Below, piece after piece: positions 1 through 10,645 of a stretch of DNA of 64,000 nt. The stretch's first letter is position 1, and each line of letters begins with the position of its first letter. The translations under genes were made by a program, and so were the position numbers. The notes under the pieces were generated by a model, which did no database searches, was not told the origin of the DNA, and saw nothing but the letters and a program-made list of their open reading frames with translations. Source of the DNA: an uncultured cyanobacterium (GTDB lineage: Bacteria > Cyanobacteriota > Cyanobacteriia > PCC-9006 > JAAUQQ01); NCBI GenBank assembly GCA_963718615.1, contig OY970368.1, positions 1,280,001 to 1,344,000 of the forward strand. The letters run 5' to 3'.

Positions 1-397
1 CCAGCTTACTCGGCCCACCGCTAGAAAACACAACCTCCACGACTAAATCTGGAATTGCCTTCTGCTCCCCCAAGCAATAGGACTCATCCCCCTGAGCCGC
101 CGCCGCGCCCACCTTCTCCAGGTCCATCGACCCCGTTGGCACAAACTCAATCCCCAGCTCCACCAAAAAGATTTCGATCAGCATCCCAATAATGCTCTTG
201 TAAATCTCATGCTCAGGGCTAACCGTCAAAATCTCTACCGTCCCATCCAAATAAAACAACCGCACATTTCGGCAACCCATGAAGCCTTCCTGAATCTTCT
301 TGAAACGCTCCCAGGAAAGATTGGACTGAACAATCCACTGATCCGGCCTTTGATTGGGCCATTGCTCCGGTTGCTTCCGTTCCAGCAGTTGAACCAT
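1..397 (-). CDS. Uma2 (DUF820) family putative endonuclease, 3' end outside window
   Basis: Not in ORF track; manual translation from ATG at 397 (GGAGG RBS upstream): MVQLLERK...LSWERFKKIQ...RLFYLDGTVEILTVSPEHE...QGDESYCLGEQKAIPDLVVEVVFSS, typical Uma2 motifs. Confidence 0.85.
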   Translation of the reverse strand, partial: MVQLLERKQPEQWPNQRPDQWIVQSNLSWERFKKIQEGFMGCRNVRLFYLDGTVEILTVSPEHEIYKSIIGMLIEIFLVELGIEFVPTGSMDLEKVGAAAAQGDESYCLGEQKAIPDLVVEVVFSSGGPSKL

Positions 398-490
398 GGC
401 ATCCTCCACTTGTTCACCCGTAAAAGATCATATTTCGAGATCGCTTCAACAAGCTAACTCCAGTCTATGGGATCTGAAAGGCAATGCATG

Positions 491-517
491 AAAAAAGGGT
501 GAACCGTAGCCCACCCT
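491..517 (-). terminator. Intrinsic terminator downstream of the duplicated chlH 3' end
   Basis: Minus strand AGGGTGGGCTACGGTTCACCCT hairpin followed by T-run; homologous to 1484-1510. Confidence 0.65.
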
Positions 518-534
518 GAGTAGGTGTTATTTGA

Positions 535-621
535 GGTGATGGGGTATCGGGGTATTGGAGGATCGGGTATCGGTAGAATGTAGCGTTCACTCCATCACCC
601 CCAACTCCATCACCCCATCAC
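535..621. repeat. STRR-like short repeats forming an imperfect inverted repeat (GTGATGGGGT...ACCCCATCAC)
   Basis: GGGTATCG units on the left, CCATCACCCC units on the right. Confidence 0.5.
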
Positions 622-625
622 GTCC

Positions 626-783
626 CTACTCCTCAACCCCCTCAATCCGGTCCTCAACCTCCTGATACAACTCCCGCAACAGATCCAGGTTCTCCTCACT
701 GGTCTCCCAGTAACCCCGACCGTTCACTTCCAACAGCGTTGTCACCATTTTGCGGAAGGAGTTGGGGTTGAGGTTCATGAGGC
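626..783 (-). pseudogene. chlH: Duplicated 3' end of chlH (last ~52 codons)
   Basis: 627-783 matches 1555-1711 with one synonymous mismatch; encodes [51 protein letters not shown]. Confidence 0.95.
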
Positions 784-836
784 ACTCTCTCAGTTGGACT
801 ACAATAGAACCATTGTTCTGTAAGCAGACGTGAATC

Positions 837-1091
837 ATGGACGTAACCCTTACATTGCCCCAAGAGCTGCAAGCCCATATAGAACAGGAGATGCAGGCAG
901 GCAGCTACCCTAGCGTCATGGAATATCTAATTGCTCTGGTAGAACGCGATCGCCAACGCAAGCAAGCCCAGAAAAAGTTAGATGAACTTCTACAGGAAGG
1001 ACTCGACTCACCTGCCCAAGAGATAGCACCTGATTACTGGAAAAGCCTCAAAGCATCTGTCATTCCTTCTTCCGCAGCGGATGCGCTTTAG
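837..1091 (+). CDS. ParD-like (CC2985-type RHH) antitoxin
   Basis: 84 aa, [11 protein letters not shown]...GSYPSVMEY...[11 protein letters not shown] motif; directly upstream of a ParE/RelE toxin. Confidence 0.85.
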   Translation: MDVTLTLPQELQAHIEQEMQAGSYPSVMEYLIALVERDRQRKQAQKKLDELLQEGLDSPAQEIAPDYWKSLKASVIPSSAADAL

Positions 1092-1099
1092 CTTAATCC

Positions 1100-1432
1100 A
1101 TGAAATATCGGCTTATCGTCCGCGATCGGGCAACTCAGGATCTGCGCTCACAGGCGAACTATCTGCTCGCTCAGCATTCATCGCAATCAGCCAGCCAGTT
1201 TTTGGAGGCCGCTGAAACGACATTCAACCAGATTGCTAAAACACCCAGAATTGGCAGAGTGGTTCAGCTCGCTTCTGCTCGCTTTGGAGAAGTCAGACGC
1301 TGGCGAATCAAATCTTTTGGCGACTACTTGGTATTTTACGTCGTAACAGAAGCAGAGGTTGAGATCTTTCGGATACTGCACGGTGCGATGGATCTAGAAA
1401 ACATCATAGAATTTTTGGACGAGTCCAACTGA
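1100..1432 (+). CDS. ParE/RelE family toxin
   Basis: 110 aa, RATQDL...PRIG...YLVFY...VEIFRILHGAMDL signature. Confidence 0.9.
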   Translation: MKYRLIVRDRATQDLRSQANYLLAQHSSQSASQFLEAAETTFNQIAKTPRIGRVVQLASARFGEVRRWRIKSFGDYLVFYVVTEAEVEIFRILHGAMDLENIIEFLDESN

Positions 1433-1483
1433 ACTCTGTACCTACATTGCTAAAGTCAAGCGCGACCCGCACTGAGTGCTCAG

Positions 1484-1510
1484 AAAAAAAGGTGAGCCGT
1501 AACCCACCCT
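1484..1510 (-). terminator. Intrinsic terminator of chlH
   Basis: Minus strand AGGGTGGGTTACGGCTCACCT hairpin plus T-run, 44 bp after the chlH stop. Confidence 0.65.
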
Positions 1511-1553
1511 AAACACGCATATTTAATCAATCCGAGAAATCAAGAATCGGGTC

Positions 1554-4500
1554 TTACTCCTCAACGCCCTCAATCCGGTCCTCAACCTCCTGATACAACT
1601 CCCGCAACAGATCCAGGTTCTCCTCACTGGTCTCCCAGTAACCCCGACCGTTCACTTCCAACAGCGTTGTCACCATTTTGCGGAAGGAGTTGGGGTTGAG
1701 GTTCATGAGGCGATCGCGCATTTCCTTATCCTTAATAAACGTCTCATTCGCCTCCTCATAGACCCAGTTATCCACCGCATCCGCCGTCGCCGACCAGCCC
1801 GAAGTAAACGTCAGTCGCTTCGACAACTCCCGCACCCCTTCATAACCATGGCTCAGCATGCCCTCGTACCACTTGGGATTGAGCAGCTTGGTGCGGGAAT
1901 CCAAACGCACGGTTTCAGACAGCGTGCGCACTTGCGCATTAGCAGTGGTTGTGTCCGCAATAAACGCCGTCGGCTTTTTGCCATCGTCCCGCAAACTGGC
2001 TACGACCTTGGTGGGGTCAGAGTCGAAGTAGTGGGAGACGTCCGTTAGCGAGATTTCCGAGGAATCCAGGTTCTGGAACGAAACATCAGCGGTTTTGAGA
2101 CTAGACTCAAAGATTTCCCGCGACTGCTTCATCATGCCAGGATTATCGGAATCAAAGGCAAACGACTTACGTTCTAGATACATCTGTTGTAGCTCCGACT
2201 CTTCGCCCCAGGAGCTGTTTTCCACGGCCAGGTTGACGTTAGAAGAATAGGAGCCAGAGGCATTGGAGAAGACGCGCTGGGCGGCTTCGCGGATGCTGAC
2301 GCCCATCTCCTCGGCCTGCTCTTTGGCGTGTCTGCGGACGTAGTTCATCTCTAGGGGCTCATCGGCTTCAGCGGCCATCTTCACCGCCCGGTCGATCAGT
2401 GCCATTTGATTAATGAACAGGTCGCGGAAAACGCCGGAGCAGTTGACGACTACATCAATGCGGGGGCGACCCAACTCTTCCAGCGAGAGCAACTCCAGCT
2501 TATTGATCCGACCCAGACTGTCCGGCATGGGCTTGACGCCGACAAACCAAAGGATTTGCGCGAGGGATTCGCCGTAGGTTTTGATGTTGTCGGTGCCCCA
2601 AAGGACGCAAGCAATGGTTTCGGGGTAGGCTCCGTTGTTTTCGGCCCGCTGGCGATCGATCAACCGATCCACCACCACTTTTGCCGACATAACCGCCGCT
2701 GCCGTGGGAATCGACTGCGGATCCAGGGCATGGATGTTCTTACCGGAGGGCAAGACATTGGGATTACGAATCGGGTCTCCGCCGGGGCCGGGGAGAACAT
2801 ACTCGCCGTCGAGGGCTTTGATCAAGCTGCCCATTTCCATGTCAGCGCAGATTTGCTTGAGACAAAAGGCGAGGTAGTCAAATAGGACCGTGAGCTGCTC
2901 TTGATCAACGGTTTTGTAACCTAGCTTGTGCAACGCTTTGAGGTAGGCGGGCTTTTGCTTGATACCGAAGAAGTTGAGAATTTTCTTGAACCAGGCAAAA
3001 CGCTCGATCAGATCAACCCGACCTTCGCGGTTGGTCAGTTGCCGCACCATCGCCGCGACGGATGCCCGCACCGCTTGGGTGATTTTCTGGTTGAGTTCGA
3101 CGTCCTCCAGATTACCCAGGTCATTGCTGCGATAAATATCTTCCATCGTGCGACCTAGGCTGCGGGCGATCAGCGTTGGTAGGCCTATGATACCTTCTTC
3201 GTCGCGATCGAGACTGGCGATATTGACCAACGTCGCAATGGCTTCCTCCGCACTCGGTGGCTTACCAATCACATGCAGACCACAGGGCAAAAGCCTTGAT
3301 TCAATCTCCATTAGTTGGCGATACACGTTGCCGACCAGGCGATCGCTCTCTTCCAAGCTCAGCTCAGCATTCTCGTCAGGCAAAACGACATCCTTGTCCA
3401 AATTCACCCGCAGACAAACGCTGATAATGGTCTTAACGATCGACGTGCGCCGTTCGCTTTCCCGCAGGGTTTGGTAAGAACCGACCAGTTCGCCCAGTTC
3501 CTTCAGTCCCTTATATAACCCAGCATTTTCGGCGGGAGGCGTCAGGTAGCTGATCGTGGCGGCGTAGCCCCGGCGTTTGGCGATCGTTGCTTCGGAGGGG
3601 TTATTAGCGGCGTAGTAGTAGAGATCGGGAATGTTGCCGATCAAACTATCGGGATAACATTCGCCGGACATACCCATTTGCTTACCGGGCATAAACTCCA
3701 GGGACCCGTGGGTACCGAAGTGGAGCACTGCGTCCGCTTCCATCACCTTATTGAGGTAGGTGTAGTAGGCAGCGAAACCGTGGTGAGGGCTGGCGCTGCG
3801 GCTGTAGAGCAGCATCATCGGGTCGCCTTCGTAGCCGAAGGTTGGCTGCACACCAATGAACACATTGCCAAAGTGCTTGCCGTAGATCAGCAGACTCTCA
3901 CCGTCGCTGTTGAGCGTTCCCGGTGGTGGACCCCAGTTTTCTTCGAGGGCTTTGGAGAAGGGCGTCAGGCGCTCGTACTCGGATACCGGCATTCTGTAGG
4001 CGATGTTTAGCTCGGGGCTAGCATATTGGGCCTCGGCGTCGTGGATGATTTCCTCCATCAGCGCCTTGGGGGACTTGGGCAGCTTGGGAATGTCGTAGCC
4101 GCTGGCCTTCATCTCTTGCAGGACGCAGTAGATCGAGCCAAACACGTCCAGATAGGCAGCCGTTCCGACATTGCCCTTGTCCGGCGGGAAGCTGAAGACC
4201 GTGATCGCCACTTTCTTGTCGGTGCGGGGTTTGCGGTGGAGATTGGCCCATTTGATTGAGCGTTCCGCAATCATTTCCACCCGGTCTTGCAGCGTGTGGG
4301 CCTTGCCCGTGTTGCCGTCGCGACCGGAAAGCACAATCGGTTCGATCGCCCCATCCAACTCCGGAATCGCAATTTGCAACGCCACCTGAATCGGGTGCAG
4401 TCCTAGATCGCTTTCCTCCCACTCCTCCGTGGTTTGGAACACCAGGGGCAGCGCCACCATGTAGGGCCGGTTGAGGCGCTTGAGGGTTTCAATTGCCTTC

Positions 4501-5558
4501 GGATGATCCTGCCGCGCCGGACCGCCCACCAAGGCAAACCCCGTCAACGACACCGCCGCATCCACCAAAGCCTTGTCTTTCGCCAGGGGATCAAAAAAGT
4601 AGGCATTCACCGACTTAGAAAAGTCCAAACCGCCGTTAAACACCGGGATCACCCGCGCACCGCGATATTCCATTTCCGAGATAATGGCGACGTAGTGGGC
4701 GTCGTCTCCAGTGACGATGTGCGATCGCTGCAACACCAAACCAATCACCGGACCATCCTGGGCCACATCCTTACGGGAATTGCTCCAGTTCAAATATTCC
4801 TTGATGTCCTCAAACATCTCCGGAGCCAGCGGATGCCAAATGCCCTGCTCAGGATAAACCACGGGGTCTTCAAACTGAAGCTCGGGCTGATCCAAGTCCT
4901 GGGCGTCACCGCCTTTGTTGAGGACGTAGCGATCGGCAATCATCAGCAGGAAGTTTTCCAGATTCTCCGGCGAGCCCCCCAGCCAATACTGGAAGCTCAT
5001 CATGAAGCTGCGGGCATCCTGGGCCTTGTCCACCGGCAGATATTTCAGCACCTTCGGCAGCGTCCGCAGCAGCTTCAGCATGGCGTCCTCGAAGCCTGCG
5101 GCGTCCTTCTGGCGGCGCTTCTTCATGAATTCGCCAATGACGCTCTTGGACTGACCCAAGTTCGACATACGAAACTTGCCCAGCTTATTCAGCCGCATAA
5201 CGTTGGGCATGGAGGGGAAGCAAATGGCGGCGTCGAGCTGGTCGCGCACGGGCTCTACGGCAGCGGCGACTTTCTCGGCCAGATCCTCAATAAAAATCAG
5301 CGAGGCAATAAAGATATTGGCCTCGGCCACTTCCTTCTTGAAATTCTCGTAGTTTTCCTCGTCGCGCAATTCCTCGATCAGATAGCCGCTAATCTCCACC
5401 GCAATGCTGGGATTTTGGGCGTTGATTTTGCGGACGGCAGTGGATAGAGCACTCTGATACTGGGACTCCAGTACGACGTAGACCACCTTTACTAAGGAAC
5501 GGCCCTTGAGGTCGTCGGGGGTAATGTGTCGGATGGTGGACTTGACGTAGGTGAACAT
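1554..5558 (-). CDS. chlH: Magnesium chelatase subunit H
   Basis: [11 protein letters not shown]...[51 protein letters not shown]; start placed at the conserved MFT (5558). Confidence 0.98.
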   Translation of the reverse strand: MFTYVKSTIRHITPDDLKGRSLVKVVYVVLESQYQSALSTAVRKINAQNPSIAVEISGYLIEELRDEENYENFKKEVAEANIFIASLIFIEDLAEKVAAAVEPVRDQLDAAICFPSMPNVMRLNKLGKFRMSNLGQSKSVIGEFMKKRRQKDAAGFEDAMLKLLRTLPKVLKYLPVDKAQDARSFMMSFQYWLGGSPENLENFLLMIADRYVLNKGGDAQDLDQPELQFEDPVVYPEQGIWHPLAPEMFEDIKEYLNWSNSRKDVAQDGPVIGLVLQRSHIVTGDDAHYVAIISEMEYRGARVIPVFNGGLDFSKSVNAYFFDPLAKDKALVDAAVSLTGFALVGGPARQDHPKAIETLKRLNRPYMVALPLVFQTTEEWEESDLGLHPIQVALQIAIPELDGAIEPIVLSGRDGNTGKAHTLQDRVEMIAERSIKWANLHRKPRTDKKVAITVFSFPPDKGNVGTAAYLDVFGSIYCVLQEMKASGYDIPKLPKSPKALMEEIIHDAEAQYASPELNIAYRMPVSEYERLTPFSKALEENWGPPPGTLNSDGESLLIYGKHFGNVFIGVQPTFGYEGDPMMLLYSRSASPHHGFAAYYTYLNKVMEADAVLHFGTHGSLEFMPGKQMGMSGECYPDSLIGNIPDLYYYAANNPSEATIAKRRGYAATISYLTPPAENAGLYKGLKELGELVGSYQTLRESERRTSIVKTIISVCLRVNLDKDVVLPDENAELSLEESDRLVGNVYRQLMEIESRLLPCGLHVIGKPPSAEEAIATLVNIASLDRDEEGIIGLPTLIARSLGRTMEDIYRSNDLGNLEDVELNQKITQAVRASVAAMVRQLTNREGRVDLIERFAWFKKILNFFGIKQKPAYLKALHKLGYKTVDQEQLTVLFDYLAFCLKQICADMEMGSLIKALDGEYVLPGPGGDPIRNPNVLPSGKNIHALDPQSIPTAAAVMSAKVVVDRLIDRQRAENNGAYPETIACVLWGTDNIKTYGESLAQILWFVGVKPMPDSLGRINKLELLSLEELGRPRIDVVVNCSGVFRDLFINQMALIDRAVKMAAEADEPLEMNYVRRHAKEQAEEMGVSIREAAQRVFSNASGSYSSNVNLAVENSSWGEESELQQMYLERKSFAFDSDNPGMMKQSREIFESSLKTADVSFQNLDSSEISLTDVSHYFDSDPTKVVASLRDDGKKPTAFIADTTTANAQVRTLSETVRLDSRTKLLNPKWYEGMLSHGYEGVRELSKRLTFTSGWSATADAVDNWVYEEANETFIKDKEMRDRLMNLNPNSFRKMVTTLLEVNGRGYWETSEENLDLLRELYQEVEDRIEGVEE

Positions 5559-6020
5559 GCAGTTCTGGGCTCCTCGGGATGCGTGTTCTGCTTGGACGAC
5601 TGGAACAGGAGATGAGCAAGCATACTCATCCATATAGTTTTTTACCAGAAACCGACCCCTAGGATTGGGGATCCTGGGAGCACTGACACAATTTGACAAG
5701 AACGACTATGAATTTTTGAAACGATCTGTTGTAATGCTTGACTTTTTGTGGATTGGGGCGATCGCGAAGTCGAGAACTTCAGCGCTACGACTTTTCGGAT
5801 GTCTATTCTCGGATGTCTATTCAATGTTGGCGCGGGAGAATCAGCTTTACCCGGTAGCCCAGATTTTGAAGCGCATTGCGGGTCAAATATCAGTTTAGTG
5901 CAGCACACTTCCTAGGATAATCCTCCGGGATAGGGGATGGGCAGTCGCGAGACGTTTTTCCAGGCAACACGGCGGATCTTCCTTTCTTTGTCAAATTCAA
6001 ACGTTTGCGGATTATAGAGA

Positions 6021-6035
6021 TATACTAAAAGTATA
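6021..6035. promoter_or_regulatory. Palindrome TATACT-N3-AGTATA, likely vapBC autoregulatory operator
   Basis: Perfect 6-bp inverted repeat ~20 bp upstream of the vapB start. Confidence 0.45.
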
Positions 6036-6054
6036 GACTTGAGGTTTGCACTTG

Positions 6055-6288
6055 ATGAACATTGCGAAGCTGTTTCAGAATGGTCAAAGTCAGGCTGTGC
6101 GGCTACCTAAGGCGTTTCGGTTTGAGGGCGATCGCGTCTTCATTAAGCAAGTTGGCAGCGCAGTGATTCTGTTGCCCTATCAAAATGCTTGGCAGGTGTT
6201 GTTCGATAGCTTGGATTTGTTTTCCGAGGATTTTATGGAAAATCGCCAAACACCTCTTCAGCAAGAACGTGAGACTTTATTTGATTAA
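6055..6288 (+). CDS. vapB: VapB antitoxin (AbrB/SpoVT-type)
   Basis: AKLFQNGQSQAVRLPKAFRF motif. Confidence 0.92.
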   Translation: MNIAKLFQNGQSQAVRLPKAFRFEGDRVFIKQVGSAVILLPYQNAWQVLFDSLDLFSEDFMENRQTPLQQERETLFD

Positions 6289-6351
6289 ATCTTAAGAATC
6301 TAAAGAATTTCAGGCCACATCAAGACAGGTCAGATTAAGCAACAATACAAC

Positions 6352-6750
6352 ATGCAGTATTTGCTAGATACCAATATTTGTATCTACATTATTAAGCGTA
6401 GACCGCCAGAGGTGCTGCAACGATTTTTGGTCTATGATCCGGGTGACATTGGCATCTCTACGATTACGATGGCAGAGCTTAGCTATGGGGTGCAAAAGAG
6501 CCAGCGTCCCCGGCAAAATCAAGCGGCATTGGAACAGTTTTTATTGCCGTTGGAGATTGTGGATTTTGATGCCGCTGCGGCTCAGAGGTATGGGCAAATC
6601 CGAGCTCATCTGGAGCAGCTGGGTCTGCCGATTGGTTCGTTGGACTTTTTAATTGCAGCCCAGGCCCTGAGTTTGGGGATAGTTTTGGTGACTAACAATG
6701 CAAAAGAGTTTATGCGGGTGCCGGAATTAAGGGTGGAAAATTGGATATGA
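6352..6750 (+). CDS. vapC: VapC PIN-domain toxin
   Basis: YLLDTNICIY...EL..G...IGSLDFLIAAQAL...VTNNAKEF. Confidence 0.95.
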   Translation: MQYLLDTNICIYIIKRRPPEVLQRFLVYDPGDIGISTITMAELSYGVQKSQRPRQNQAALEQFLLPLEIVDFDAAAAQRYGQIRAHLEQLGLPIGSLDFLIAAQALSLGIVLVTNNAKEFMRVPELRVENWI

Positions 6751-6840
6751 ATGAGGATTTTGAAGTGGTTCGACTGTCGCTCGCGCTAAAATGGATCAAG
6801 CCCCAGTGATGTTCCCCCGAAGAAGTAGACAGATGTCCAA

Positions 6841-6950
6841 ATGCAGATTGATCTCGGGGCAGAGCAACTTTTGGGGGTAGAACGGGGAAACCAACAAATC
6901 GCCGTAGAACCAGAGCGATTTTGTACCTAGCGGTTCCAAGCCAAACCTAC
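6841..6950 (+). pseudogene. xisH: XisH remnant (deleted, frameshifted, fused to xisI)
   Basis: MQIDLGAEQLLGVERGNQQIAVE joined directly to PER, then LYLAVPSQTY in another frame. Confidence 0.75.
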
Positions 6951-7298
6951 GACGAATATCGAAAGTTGGTAAAGCAAGTCTTGCAGCAACATGCGGCGAT
7001 TAAGCCTGCCTACGGCGAAATCGAAGTGGGTACGCTGTTTGATCAGGAAAGCGATCCTTCGGAGCTTGGCAAAGCCAATCGCTACCAAGTCATGCGCTCA
7101 GGCTGGCTCAAGGAACGTCGGGTCTATGGAGCACTCATCCATATTGATCTCAAAGATAGCAAATGCTGGATCCAGTACGACGGTACTGAAGTTGGGGTAG
7201 CAAACGAATTAGTTGAGTTAGGGATTCCGAAAGAGGATATCGTTTTGGCCTACCATGCCCCCCTCCTGAGGGAATACGGTGAGTTTGCGGTAGGGTAA
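6921..7298 (+). CDS. xisI: XisI family protein (N-terminus fused to XisH remnant; 8-aa insertion)
   Basis: YQVMRSGW...ALIHIDLKDSKCWIQYDGTEVGVANELVELGIPKEDIVLAYH...EFAVG. Confidence 0.85.
   Translation: MYLAVPSQTYDEYRKLVKQVLQQHAAIKPAYGEIEVGTLFDQESDPSELGKANRYQVMRSGWLKERRVYGALIHIDLKDSKCWIQYDGTEVGVANELVELGIPKEDIVLAYHAPLLREYGEFAVG
7054..7077. mobile_element. 24-nt small dispersed repeat (SDR-like) inserted into a HIP1 site
   Basis: GCG|ATCCTTCGGAGCTTGGCAAAGCCA|ATCGC; removal restores GCGATCGC and the usual ESDRYQ reading. Confidence 0.7.
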
Positions 7299-7322
7299 TG
7301 GCTCTAACTTCGACTCACCCCC

Positions 7323-8378
7323 ATGACGGATCCCCTTGGCCTAACCCCCTCCATTCTCAAAAACCTCAACGCCCGCACCCTCTATCGGGGCGACATCCTG
7401 TTTCCCTGTATTCCGGCTGCTTGCGGTGCCTACGTCAGCCACCTTGATATCCTCATGCGCAACTTTGGTCAGGCATTTGTGCCAGAGGAGCTAGAGCAAC
7501 TATCAACGCTTCTGCTCACTGCTATGAGCCAAGGTTACGCCCAAAGCCCCAATGCCCAAATCGCCTTTCACTACGAGGTGAAGGGGACTGCCCAGTTACA
7601 AAAAACGATCGCCTGTGAAATCTCCCTCGTGTTACCGTCCCTAGGTGAACAGTACGATACCTGGTATCGAATGGAGGACGCATCGCCCCTGTTTGGCGGG
7701 GTTGCCGATGCCAAGGTGCTGGCAGTGCTGGCCGAGTTGCTCCCGATGGAAACAACCGGCATGGAGCGGCCTAGGGTTTTGGATATTGGCGCAGGCGATG
7801 GCCGCAATGCCATTCCGATCGCCCAGAAAAATTATCAGGTCGATGCTGTTGATCTCACGCCGGAACTCACGGCTGAACTCAAACGAAAAGTTGCCCAGCT
7901 CCAGCTTGAATCCTGGTTGAAAGTCTTTGCAGCTGATCTCCTCGATCCGGCCATAAGCTTTCAAACAGACTGCTATGATCTGGTTTTCTTGTCAGAAGTG
8001 ACCTCGCATTTCCGCAGTATAGACGAGCTGCGGCAAATGTTTCTCAAAGCTTCAGCTTGTCTGAAACCAGGACGGTATTTACTGTTCAACTGCTTCTTGG
8101 CCAAGGAGGGGTTTGAACCAGATGCTATGGCCGTCGAAATGTCTCAAATTGCCTGGTCGAGTTTATTCTTGCGATCGCAGCTCGAAGCGGCCCAGGCTGA
8201 CCTCCCGTTTAGGCTGATCTCGGATGAGTCGGCTATTGAGTATGAGCGATCGCACCTCCCCGCAGAACACTGGCCCCCTACCCCGTGGTACGAAACCTGG
8301 GCGACAGGACGCAGTGCTTTTCCGTTTTTAGAGGGTACCTTCCCCCTAGAACTGCGCTGGTTACTTTATCAAAAATAG
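7323..8378 (+). CDS. Class I SAM-dependent methyltransferase
   Basis: VLDIGAGDGRN motif I, YDLVFLSEV, LKPG. Confidence 0.85.
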   Translation: MTDPLGLTPSILKNLNARTLYRGDILFPCIPAACGAYVSHLDILMRNFGQAFVPEELEQLSTLLLTAMSQGYAQSPNAQIAFHYEVKGTAQLQKTIACEISLVLPSLGEQYDTWYRMEDASPLFGGVADAKVLAVLAELLPMETTGMERPRVLDIGAGDGRNAIPIAQKNYQVDAVDLTPELTAELKRKVAQLQLESWLKVFAADLLDPAISFQTDCYDLVFLSEVTSHFRSIDELRQMFLKASACLKPGRYLLFNCFLAKEGFEPDAMAVEMSQIAWSSLFLRSQLEAAQADLPFRLISDESAIEYERSHLPAEHWPPTPWYETWATGRSAFPFLEGTFPLELRWLLYQK

Positions 8379-8567
8379 CCCAACTCTCATATCCTTAAGC
8401 ACGAGCCGCTTCTCCACAATCGCACAGAAGATTGATAACCGCTTGGGGAGCGCGTAACGCAGTAGGAGGATGTGCAATGGAACGTTTTATAGTTAATTGC
8501 GCCTAGCTACTGATCAGGAAAAACTAGCTAGACCATCGTCTAGAATCCAATCATAAAGACAAAAGCG

Positions 8568-9425
8568 ATGCGAGAGCGATTCCCAGAATCTTTGCCAGAA
8601 TCTTTGCCAGAATCTTTGCCAGAATCTTTGCCAGAACCGTTGTTTATCTTGCAACAGGTGACCCAGCGATTCAACGGCAGCGAAGCCCTTAGCCAGGTCA
8701 GTCTGAGCATTCAACCGGGCGATCGCGTGGCGCTCATCGGTCCCAGTGGGGCAGGCAAAAGTACGCTGCTGAGTTTGCTCAATGGCACGCGGTTGGCAAC
8801 GGAGGGCGAGGTTTGGGCGCTGGGTCGGTGTTGGCATCGGGTTTCGGGTCGCCAACGCCGTCAGCTTCAACGACAAATCGGCATGGTGTATCAGCAGTTT
8901 CATCTGGTAAATACACTACGGGTGATTCACAATGTCAATGCGGGGCACCTGGGCCGCTGGTCCGTGCCCAAGGCGTTGCTGTCCCTCATTCTGCCCCAGG
9001 ACGTGGCTTTAGCGCAGCAGGCCCTTGCCCAGGTGGGCATTGCCGAAAAACTCTGGACACGCACCGATCAGCTATCGGGAGGGCAGCAGCAGCGGGTGGC
9101 GATCGCCCGCGTCCTCATCCAGGATCCGTGGGTCATCTTAGCGGATGAGCCCATTGCTAGCCTTGACCCCGAGCGGGGTCGGGAGGTCATGCAGATCTTG
9201 GTGGATCTGTGCGCCGCTGGACGGACGCTAGTGGTGAGTTTGCATGATGTGGCCATGGCCCAGCGCTTTTGTAATCGGATCATTGGATTGCGCCAAGGCC
9301 GTGTCCTGTTTGATCAGCCCGTCACCGCCCTTGATGAAGCGCAAATCGCCCAGCTCTACGCCCTAGACTCGCCAGAAAATCCCCCTGCTAGTCGATCGCT
9401 AACGTCAGACAAAGCCATACACTAG
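8568..9425 (+). CDS. PhnC-like ABC transporter ATP-binding protein
   Basis: [37 protein letters not shown]. Confidence 0.88.
   Translation: MRERFPESLPESLPESLPESLPEPLFILQQVTQRFNGSEALSQVSLSIQPGDRVALIGPSGAGKSTLLSLLNGTRLATEGEVWALGRCWHRVSGRQRRQLQRQIGMVYQQFHLVNTLRVIHNVNAGHLGRWSVPKALLSLILPQDVALAQQALAQVGIAEKLWTRTDQLSGGQQQRVAIARVLIQDPWVILADEPIASLDPERGREVMQILVDLCAAGRTLVVSLHDVAMAQRFCNRIIGLRQGRVLFDQPVTALDEAQIAQLYALDSPENPPASRSLTSDKAIH
8583..8636. repeat. 12-bp tandem repeat CCAGAATCTTTG x4.5 (PESL repeats)
   Basis: Read directly from sequence. Confidence 0.95.
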
Positions 9426-9491
9426 GTCAGTAGCCTTCCGTCAGACAATCCTGGGGAAGGCTACGCAGTTGCCCTTCCTACGCTTTGAACC

Positions 9492-10628
9492 ATGAAGTGG
9501 ATTGATCAGCTTCCCCGCTGGTTTTCGTGGGGGCTTGTGCTCCCGTTGCTGGCCCTCAACGGTTGGGTCGCACTCCTGTTCTACCAGTACTTTGAGGGGT
9601 TGATTAAGATTTCCGTTGCGGCGACGCTGTTGACGTTTATTTTGAGTTACCCGGTGGGAGCCTTACAGCGGCTCAAACTGGGCCGAGGTCGCTCGGTTTT
9701 GCTGGTCTTGGTGGTGGCGTTAGCAGGGCTTGGGGTTTTGGGCGTGACGCTCATTCCTATCCTGCTCAATCAGCTCAATGATTTGGCGATGCGGCTGCCC
9801 AGTTGGCTGGATTCCGGTGCGGCTCAGCTGGATGCGCTCCAGGTTTGGGTGGCCCAGCGCAATTTGCCGGTGGATTTGATCAAATTGGGAGATCAACTGG
9901 AAGCGCGACTGTCGGGTCTTCTGCAAAATGCCAGTGGCATTGTTTTCGGGGTTTTGCCCGACGCCATTGGCAGCGTACTCGATTTTCTGCTGACGATTGT
10001 GCTGACGATTTATTTGCTTCTCCATGGCGATCGCTTTTGGAATGGCCTCTTTCAGTGGTTGCCGGATCGATTCAATGGCCAAATTCGCCCGCTGCTCAGC
10101 CAAAATTTTCAAAACTATTTTGCCGGTCAACTCAGTCTCGCGGCAGTCATGGGCGTGGCCATGACCATCGCATTTTTAATTATTCAAGTGCCCTTTGGCT
10201 TGCTTTTTGGCATTGGTGTTGGGGTTTTAGCGGTTTTTCCCTTTGGTACCGCAACCGGGGTTGCCATTGTCAGTTTGTTGACGGCGCTCAAAAGTATTTG
10301 GCTCGGGGTGCGGGTTTTAGCGGTGGCGTTGGTGATTGCCCAGGTGGTGGAAAATGCGATCGCCCCACTCCTGATCGGCGGTTTTACGGGTCTCAACCCC
10401 GTTTGGATTTTGCTATCGTTGCTTGTGGGGGCCAAGCTGGGTGGCATTTTGGGGTTAGTCATTGCCGTTCCCATCGCCAGCTCGATCAAAGAAGTTTTCA
10501 CGATTTTGCGAGAATCTGGGCTCACCGATAATAGTTCAGACCCTAAAGCAGATGATCACACAACGAATTCCTCGCTACAAAATGGTTCAGAAACGTCGAG
10601 TACGTTAACTCCATCTACCCTTCCCTAG
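9492..10628 (+). CDS. AI-2E (PerM) family transporter
   Basis: Multi-TM, NYFAGQ, ENAIAPLLIG..TGLNP, GGILGLVIAVP. Confidence 0.88.
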   Translation: MKWIDQLPRWFSWGLVLPLLALNGWVALLFYQYFEGLIKISVAATLLTFILSYPVGALQRLKLGRGRSVLLVLVVALAGLGVLGVTLIPILLNQLNDLAMRLPSWLDSGAAQLDALQVWVAQRNLPVDLIKLGDQLEARLSGLLQNASGIVFGVLPDAIGSVLDFLLTIVLTIYLLLHGDRFWNGLFQWLPDRFNGQIRPLLSQNFQNYFAGQLSLAAVMGVAMTIAFLIIQVPFGLLFGIGVGVLAVFPFGTATGVAIVSLLTALKSIWLGVRVLAVALVIAQVVENAIAPLLIGGFTGLNPVWILLSLLVGAKLGGILGLVIAVPIASSIKEVFTILRESGLTDNSSDPKADDHTTNSSLQNGSETSSTLTPSTLP

Positions 10629-10645
10629 GCATCGGCGATTTAAGC

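Noticed and set aside
626-838. 70-aa ORF as an independent gene
   Set aside because: It is the duplicated chlH tail with a fortuitous upstream ATG overlapping the parD start
5559-5699. N-terminal extension of ChlH in the ORF track
   Set aside because: Conserved ChlH begins at MFTYVK (5558), which has an RBS-like GGAG upstream
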